A stretch of DNA of 63,882 bases, filler included, from Actinomycetota bacterium (GTDB taxonomy: Bacteria > Actinomycetota > Acidimicrobiia > IMCC26256 > VFJJ01), in the NCBI GenBank assembly GCA_009886115.1. It is 4 parts of 4 records of this genome, joined end to end, with 100 filler letters (N's around TTAATTAATTAA, not from the genome) between each part and the next. Parts side by side here need not be neighbours in the genome. Positions count along the whole stretch, not along the records: positions 43,340 to 59,391 come from VFJJ01000178.1; positions 59,492 to 63,882 come from VFJJ01000129.1; 2 more parts are not named here. One strand, given 5' to 3'. Under the pieces are notes generated by a model, which was not told the DNA's origin, did not search any database, and saw only the letters and a program-made list of their open reading frames with translations. The number at the start of each line of letters is the position of its first letter. The stretch's first letter is position 1. The position numbers and the translations under genes were made by a program. Positions 58,308 through 63,882 of the stretch are shown piece by piece.

Positions 58308-59391
58308 GTGACGACCTGGAACGACATCGTCATGGAGCGCTGGTTGCACTCCGCCGATGCTGCGATCGTCACGTCCACCGAGGTCTGGTCGGGCGACGAG
58401 CTCCTCCATCGGGCGGGCGGAGCCGCGGCATGGTTGTCGTCGTTGGGCTTCGGGGCGGGCGAGGCGGTGCCGGCTCTGGTCGACGAATCGCCGTCGGCGA
58501 TCGCCTTGACCGTAGGGGCCACCTTGTCGGGACGGGCGTTGGCGCCGCTGGGCACGAAGCTCCCGGCGTCGGATCTGGCGCATGCGGTTCGCGGGCTGGG
58601 CGCTCGATCCATCGTTGCCACTCCCGAGTCGATCGCCATCGCGAGCAGGGCCGCTGAGCTTGCCGGGGTCGAGCTGCACGTGTTGGCAGCGCCGCCGGAG
58701 CCCGGCGACATCCCGAAGGTCGCGTGCAGCCCCGACGACGTGGCCCTCATCGTCCACACCTCGGGTACGACGGGCGCTCCCAAGGCCGTGCTGATGCGCC
58801 ATCGCGAGCTGGCGGCCCGGGTCGACGTGTACGGCGACGCCATGGCCATCGGGCCCGGCGACCGGTACAGCTCGGCCTCGCCGTTCCACCACACCGGTGG
58901 CGTGACAATGGTCTACACCGTGCTCGGACGGGGCGCGTCGATCATCCCGCGCGCCTGGTTCAGCATCGAGGGCTGGCGTGAAGGCGGTCGTCTCGGCGTC
59001 ACGCACACGTTGCTCGTGCCCACCATGATCGACATGTTGCTGGCCGAGGGAGCGCTGGGCGACGCCCGACCCCGGGTGCTGCAGTACGGCGCAGCGCCCA
59101 TCGACCCGGCAACGCTCACCGCCGCGCTGCGCACCCTGACTGACACCAGGTTCGTGCAGATCTTCGGCCAGACCGAGGTGAGCCCCATCACCGTGCTCAC
59201 CCATGACGACCACCTCCTGGCGGCCAGCGAACGCCCCGACCTCTTGGCGACGGTGGGGCGCCCGGTGCGCGGTGTCGAGGTGCGGGCCGAGCATCCTGAT
59301 GGCGACGGGATCGGCGAGCTCGCGGTGCGCGGGCCCCACACGTTCGTGACCGACGCCGACGGATGGCGGCGGACGGGCGATCTCGGATGGA
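58308..59391 (+). CDS. AMP-binding acyl-CoA ligase, 3' truncated by the gap
   Basis: HTSGTTGAPK, PFHHTGG, IFGQTE, WRRTGDLG. Confidence 0.9.
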
Positions 59392-59491
59392 NNNNNNNNN
59401 NNNNNNNNNNNNNNNNNNNNNNNNNNNNNNNNNNNTTAATTAATTAANNNNNNNNNNNNNNNNNNNNNNNNNNNNNNNNNNNNNNNNNNNN
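59392..59491. other. Artificial contig spacer
   Basis: N44-TTAATTAATTAA-N44. Confidence 0.99.
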
Positions 59492-59493
59492 CC

Positions 59494-61788
59494 CTCATCG
59501 GCGGGCTGCTCGTGCTGATCCTGCTCATCGAGCCCGGAGCCGACGCCCTCTTCGGCGTGGTGCTCCTCGCCAACATCCTGATCGGCATCTTCCAGGAGGT
59601 GAGGGCCAAGAAGACCCTCGACCGACTGGCGATCCTCAACTCCCCCAAGGCTCGCGTGGTGCGCGAAGGCGCGATCTCCGAGATCGCCACCAACGCCGTC
59701 GTGCAGGACGATGTGCTCGAGCTGCGTCCTGGCGACCAGGTCGTCGTCGACGGGCTGGTCCTCGACGGCGTCGGGCTCGAGATCGACGAGTCGCTGCTCA
59801 CGGGCGAGGCCGATCCGGTCGTGAAGGTGCCCGGCGACGAGGTGCTCTCGGGCAGCTTCGTCGCTGCCGGCTCGGGTCGGTACCGGGCGACGAACGTGGG
59901 CGCCGACGCCTACGCGGTCAGGCTGGCCGAGGAAGCCAGGCGGTTCACGCTCACCAACTCCGAGCTGCGCCAGGGCGTCAACTGGATCCTGCGCCTGGTG
60001 ACGATCGGGATGGTGCCGGCCGCGGTGCTCCTCATCTGGAGCCAGGCCGCCACCGAGGACGACCTGGGCTTCACCGAGGCGGCCCGCGGCGCGGTGGCCG
60101 GGCTGGTCGCCATGGTGCCCGAGGGTCTCGTGCTGCTCACCTCGGTGGCGTTCGCGGTGGGTGTCGTTCGGCTCGGCCGGCGCCAGTGTCTCGTGCAGGA
60201 GCTCCCGGCGGTCGAGGTGCTGGCCCGGGTGAGCGTGATCTGCCTCGACAAGACCGGCACGATCACCGACGGCTCGATCGCCGTCGACACGATCGACGTG
60301 GTCGACGGTTGGCCCGCCGGGAGCCCCGATCCCGTGCGCGCCCTGGCGGCGATGGCCGTCGCCGAGGCCAACCCCAATGCCACCATGGCTGCCATCGGCC
60401 AGCACGTCGAGCCGTTGTCAGAGGCCGAGCGAGACGGTGGTTGGTCGTCGACGGCCACCGTCGCGTTCTCGTCGGCCCGGAAGTGGAGCGCGGCGAGCTT
60501 CGACGGGAACGGCACCTGGATCATCGGAGCGCCCGAGATCCTCCTCGCGGCGATGACCGATGCGACCGGTGGGTCCGGAGCGACCGAGGTCGACTCGTCC
60601 ATCGGCTCGGAGATCCAGGAACACGCCTCCGCCGGTCGCCGGGTCGTGCTCCTGGCCCACGCCGCTTCCCAGCCCGAAGCCGAGGAGCTCCCCGCGGGGC
60701 TGCGCCCGGCGGCGGTGATCGTCCTGGCCGAGAAGGTGCGCGACGACGCGGCCGAGACGATCAGGTACTTCGGGCGTCAGGGCGTCGAGGTGCGGGTGAT
60801 CTCGGGCGACAACCCCGTCACCGTGGGCGCGGTGGCACGCAGGGTCGGCGTCCCGGGAGCCGATCAGCCCTTCGACGCCCGGCAGCTCCCCGAGGACGAT
60901 CCCGAGCTGATGGCCGACATCCTCAGCACCCACACGGTGTTCGGACGGGTCACGCCGCAGCAGAAGCGGGCCATGGTGAAGGCGCTCCAGTCGCGCGGGC
61001 ATGTCGTGGCCATGACCGGTGACGGTGTGAACGACGTGCTGGCGCTCAAGGACGCCGACATGGGCATCGCCATGGGCAACGGCTCGGCGGCCACCCGGGC
61101 GGTGGCTCAGATCGTGCTGCTCGACGGTCGTTTCTCGACCATGCCGCATGTGGTCGCCGAAGGTCGCCGGGTCATCGCCAACATCGAGCGGGTCGCCAAC
61201 CTGTTCGTGGTCAAGACCGTGTATGCGCTGCTGTTGGCGGTGGCCATCGGCATCGTGCACGCCCCGTACCCGTTCGTGCCCCGGCACCTCTCGCTCGTGT
61301 CGAGCCTGGCCATCGGGATCCCCGGGTTCTTCCTCGCCCTGGCCCCGGCCCGTCAGCGTGCCCGCACCGATTTCGCCAAGCGGGTGCTGCGTTTCACCAT
61401 CCCGACCGGCCTCCTCGTCGGGACGGCCGTCCTCGTGGCCTACGCCATCGCCCGCCGTTCGGGCGAGGGCACGCTCGAGCAGCACCGCACCACGGCGATG
61501 ATCGTGCTGATCGGCTCCAGCCTGATCGTGCTCGGGCTCGTGATCAGGCCGGTGAACCCGTTGCGCCTCGCCCTCCTGGGGTCGATGACCGCCCTGGCCT
61601 TCCTGGCCTTCGTGGTGGGCTGGAGCAAGAGGTTGTACGAGCTGCGCCGGCCCCCCGACGAGCTGTTGACGACGGCGTTCGTGATCGTGGCGGCGGTCCT
61701 GGTCGCCTCGGAGATCCTCTGGCGCGTCGGCGTCCTCAAGCTCGGCGGCCGAGTGGAGGTCATCGTCGACGCCGACGCCGACGACTGA
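59494..61788 (+). CDS. P-type cation-translocating ATPase (P2/CtpE-like), 5' truncated
   Basis: DESLLTGEA, MVPEGL, DKTGT, SGD, MTGDGVND. Confidence 0.94.
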   Translation, partial: LIGGLLVLILLIEPGADALFGVVLLANILIGIFQEVRAKKTLDRLAILNSPKARVVREGAISEIATNAVVQDDVLELRPGDQVVVDGLVLDGVGLEIDESLLTGEADPVVKVPGDEVLSGSFVAAGSGRYRATNVGADAYAVRLAEEARRFTLTNSELRQGVNWILRLVTIGMVPAAVLLIWSQAATEDDLGFTEAARGAVAGLVAMVPEGLVLLTSVAFAVGVVRLGRRQCLVQELPAVEVLARVSVICLDKTGTITDGSIAVDTIDVVDGWPAGSPDPVRALAAMAVAEANPNATMAAIGQHVEPLSEAERDGGWSSTATVAFSSARKWSAASFDGNGTWIIGAPEILLAAMTDATGGSGATEVDSSIGSEIQEHASAGRRVVLLAHAASQPEAEELPAGLRPAAVIVLAEKVRDDAAETIRYFGRQGVEVRVISGDNPVTVGAVARRVGVPGADQPFDARQLPEDDPELMADILSTHTVFGRVTPQQKRAMVKALQSRGHVVAMTGDGVNDVLALKDADMGIAMGNGSAATRAVAQIVLLDGRFSTMPHVVAEGRRVIANIERVANLFVVKTVYALLLAVAIGIVHAPYPFVPRHLSLVSSLAIGIPGFFLALAPARQRARTDFAKRVLRFTIPTGLLVGTAVLVAYAIARRSGEGTLEQHRTTAMIVLIGSSLIVLGLVIRPVNPLRLALLGSMTALAFLAFVVGWSKRLYELRRPPDELLTTAFVIVAAVLVASEILWRVGVLKLGGRVEVIVDADADD

Positions 61789-61811
61789 AGATCACGTGCC
61801 GCTCTCAGCTC

Positions 61812-63881
61812 TCAGAAGGTGCTGAGGATCTGGTCTCGGGCCGCGTAGCACTTGATCTGGTAGCGGGGCTCGAGCAGATCGCACAGCTCGGTCGACTTCA
61901 CCCCGTCACGACGATCGAGCGTGGCGTTGGCCGCCGCGCCCTCGAAGCACTCGGTACGGAACGCCTCCGAGCCCAGTGTGCACAGTGCCACCGATTCGAC
62001 AGGGTCGAGCAGGGTGCCGCCGCTGATGTCGCGCCCCATCGACCGGTAGCACACGGCCACGTAGCCCTCCTCGACGGTGTCGCAGGTCTCGAAGGCGGCT
62101 GCGTAGTCGTACCCGTTGCGCCAGAGGATGGTCGACGTGACCATCTGGTAGCACTGGTACTTGTGCTCGTCACCCACGGCGTTGCAGGGGTACACGGGGT
62201 CGTCGGGATCGAGCGACGTGGTCGTGGAGCCGGCCTGGGCCTCGATGATGTTCTCCATGAACACGCCGCCGTCGCACGATGACCGGTCCCAGGGGTCGGC
62301 CAGGGCCTCGCAGTACGGCAGCGCCGCGAACACGTCGCCCCCGGTCCGGATCGTGACACCGTGGCCAAGGCCGTGGACGCAGTTGTACCGGTCGAACGAG
62401 TACGGGTCGGCCGGGTCGGCGGGGCAGATCGTCGACATGCGGGCCGTCAGGTCGTCGTCGGTGAACTGCTCGATGGTCTGCTCGACGACGCCGTGGTAGT
62501 AACCCGACCAGCACGTGGAGGTGCCGTAGGTGAACGCGGCGGCGATGTCGCCCCCAGCTTGAACCGCGGCGCTGTGGCCGATGTCGTGCGAGATCTGGTG
62601 GCACTGCGCCGTGACGTACTCGTCGGTGCTCATGAGCGCCGCCAGCTCGTCGAGCGCCGCCGTCGGCCCGCCCGGGCCCCGGACGACGCCGCCGAAGTAG
62701 GTCTCGTAGCACGCGGGACGGTTCACGGAGGGATCGGCGCAGGCTGCTGCGGTCGTGGGTGGCGGCGGCTCGGTGACCGCCCCTGCGGCGGCGGCGCCCT
62801 CCGAGCCGCCCTCTCCGGCGGCCTCCCCGCCGGGTGCGGCGGTCACGAACCCGGCGGCGGCGGCGGCGTCAGCGGGCGGGGTGCGAACCACGTTCTCGCT
62901 CGTCAACACGGAGGCCAGGCCGGCGATCGCTAACAACCCGGCGATCTCGAGGCGCAGTGTGCGCCCGAACGGTCGTGAGCTGACGAACGTCGCGCGCGCG
63001 GGTTCGGGCCGGTTGAGGTGCATCCGGTGCCAGAGGGCGAGGGGCACCACGACCAGCGCCGCGATCGCGGTCTTGAATGTGAGCAGCGTGCCGTAGTTGC
63101 CCTCGTCCCAGAAGCTCCAGCCGACCCGGTCGCGTGCGGTGATCACCCCGGTGAGCACGACGGTCACCAGGGCGCCGCCCCCGATCCGGCCGAAGGTCGC
63201 GAGGAAGGCCAGACGGGTGCTGCGGCGCTCGCCCTGATCGAGGGCCGACCATGCCGGACCGCCGAGCAGCACGAGGCCGAGCAACGGGCCCAGCCACACT
63301 CCCATGGCGATGAGATGCGCCGTCGTGACGACGACGGCCGCTCCGGCGCGTTCGCCGCTGCCCGAGTGCCCGGCCGCCACCTCGAAGACGCCGAGCACCA
63401 CCAGGAGGCCGGCCAGCGGAGCGAGGTCGGTGGGACGGGATGCGCGGCGCATCATCGTGGTGGCCCACACCAGCGGGATGAGCACGGCCACGGACTTGAG
63501 CGCGAGATCACCCGTGCGCACATCGAGCGCAGCCGTCCAGGCGTCTCCGTCGATCGTGCCCGAACCGAACGCGGCGACGGTGAGCACGAGGCGGGCGACG
63601 GTGGCCGCGGCCAGGCCGATCACGCCGGGGACGAGCAGACGACGCGCCGCATCGACGAGGGCTCGGTGGGGTTGCCTTGCGGGTTCCGCGCTGGCGTCGG
63701 GCTCGGCCAAGACGTCGACCTCGGCCAGGACGTCGACCCCGGCCTGGACGTCGCCCCCGGCCTCGAGGATGTGGGTCTCGATGGTGCGGGCCTCGACGGC
63801 GTCGGTGGCAGCCGGTGCCGGGGCCGCCGAGCGGGCGAGGCCCCAGACCATGAGCACGAGCGCCCCGACCACCACGGCGAA
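61812..63881 (-). CDS. CopD-family membrane domain fused to a Cys/His-rich extracytoplasmic domain, 5' truncated by the window edge
   Basis: AGHS, AHLIAMGVWLG, TGV, YGTLLTFK, LRLE (CopD-like); C-terminal CHQISHDIGH, CWSGYYHG, CVHGLGHG, CDGGVFME. Confidence 0.82.
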   Translation of the reverse strand, partial: FAVVVGALVLMVWGLARSAAPAPAATDAVEARTIETHILEAGGDVQAGVDVLAEVDVLAEPDASAEPARQPHRALVDAARRLLVPGVIGLAAATVARLVLTVAAFGSGTIDGDAWTAALDVRTGDLALKSVAVLIPLVWATTMMRRASRPTDLAPLAGLLVVLGVFEVAAGHSGSGERAGAAVVVTTAHLIAMGVWLGPLLGLVLLGGPAWSALDQGERRSTRLAFLATFGRIGGGALVTVVLTGVITARDRVGWSFWDEGNYGTLLTFKTAIAALVVVPLALWHRMHLNRPEPARATFVSSRPFGRTLRLEIAGLLAIAGLASVLTSENVVRTPPADAAAAAGFVTAAPGGEAAGEGGSEGAAAAGAVTEPPPPTTAAACADPSVNRPACYETYFGGVVRGPGGPTAALDELAALMSTDEYVTAQCHQISHDIGHSAAVQAGGDIAAAFTYGTSTCWSGYYHGVVEQTIEQFTDDDLTARMSTICPADPADPYSFDRYNCVHGLGHGVTIRTGGDVFAALPYCEALADPWDRSSCDGGVFMENIIEAQAGSTTTSLDPDDPVYPCNAVGDEHKYQCYQMVTSTILWRNGYDYAAAFETCDTVEEGYVAVCYRSMGRDISGGTLLDPVESVALCTLGSEAFRTECFEGAAANATLDRRDGVKSTELCDLLEPRYQIKCYAARDQILSTF

Positions 63882-63882
63882 G

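Noticed and set aside
59494..61788. P-type ATPase as a copper exporter partnering the CopD fusion
   Set aside because: It has the PEGL motif of P2-type pumps, lacks the CPx/HP motifs of P1B pumps, and is convergently transcribed.

Overview
This GC-rich actinobacterial window (Acidimicrobiia-like by gene content, an inference) is not one continuous locus. It is four contigs (1-17661, 17762-43239, 43340-59391, 59492-63882) joined by artificial 100-nt N44-TTAATTAATTAA-N44 spacers. Contigs 1 and 3 are acyl-CoA, lipid and steroid-type catabolic clusters: ACADs, ECHs, CoA ligases, SDRs, LLMs, a CoA-transferase and a thiolase/HMGS-OB pair. Contig 2 holds an orphan uptake and catabolic island (NitT/TauT-type ABC without an ATPase, three LLMs, Rieske oxygenase, creatininase, PhnZ-like HD protein, CocE hydrolase, rhodanese, frameshifted metY), then an ECF sigma/anti-sigma pair and ung. 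Contig 4 has a P2-type ATPase and a CopD fusion. The best novelty candidates are: (1) a PPDK derivative that lacks the ATP-grasp domain and is fused to an Rv1126c-like wHTH/helical domain, a possible PEP-driven phosphotransfer regulator; (2) a putative anti-sigma factor ending in a ligand-less Rieske-like domain, flanked by two 49-nt palindromes; (3) CopD fused to a 16-Cys, His-clustered extracytoplasmic domain; (4) a recurring TGAC-N6-GTCA operator upstream of beta-oxidation genes. I saw no rRNA, tRNA, CRISPR array or transposase. All calls come from motif recognition by eye; no database searches were run.
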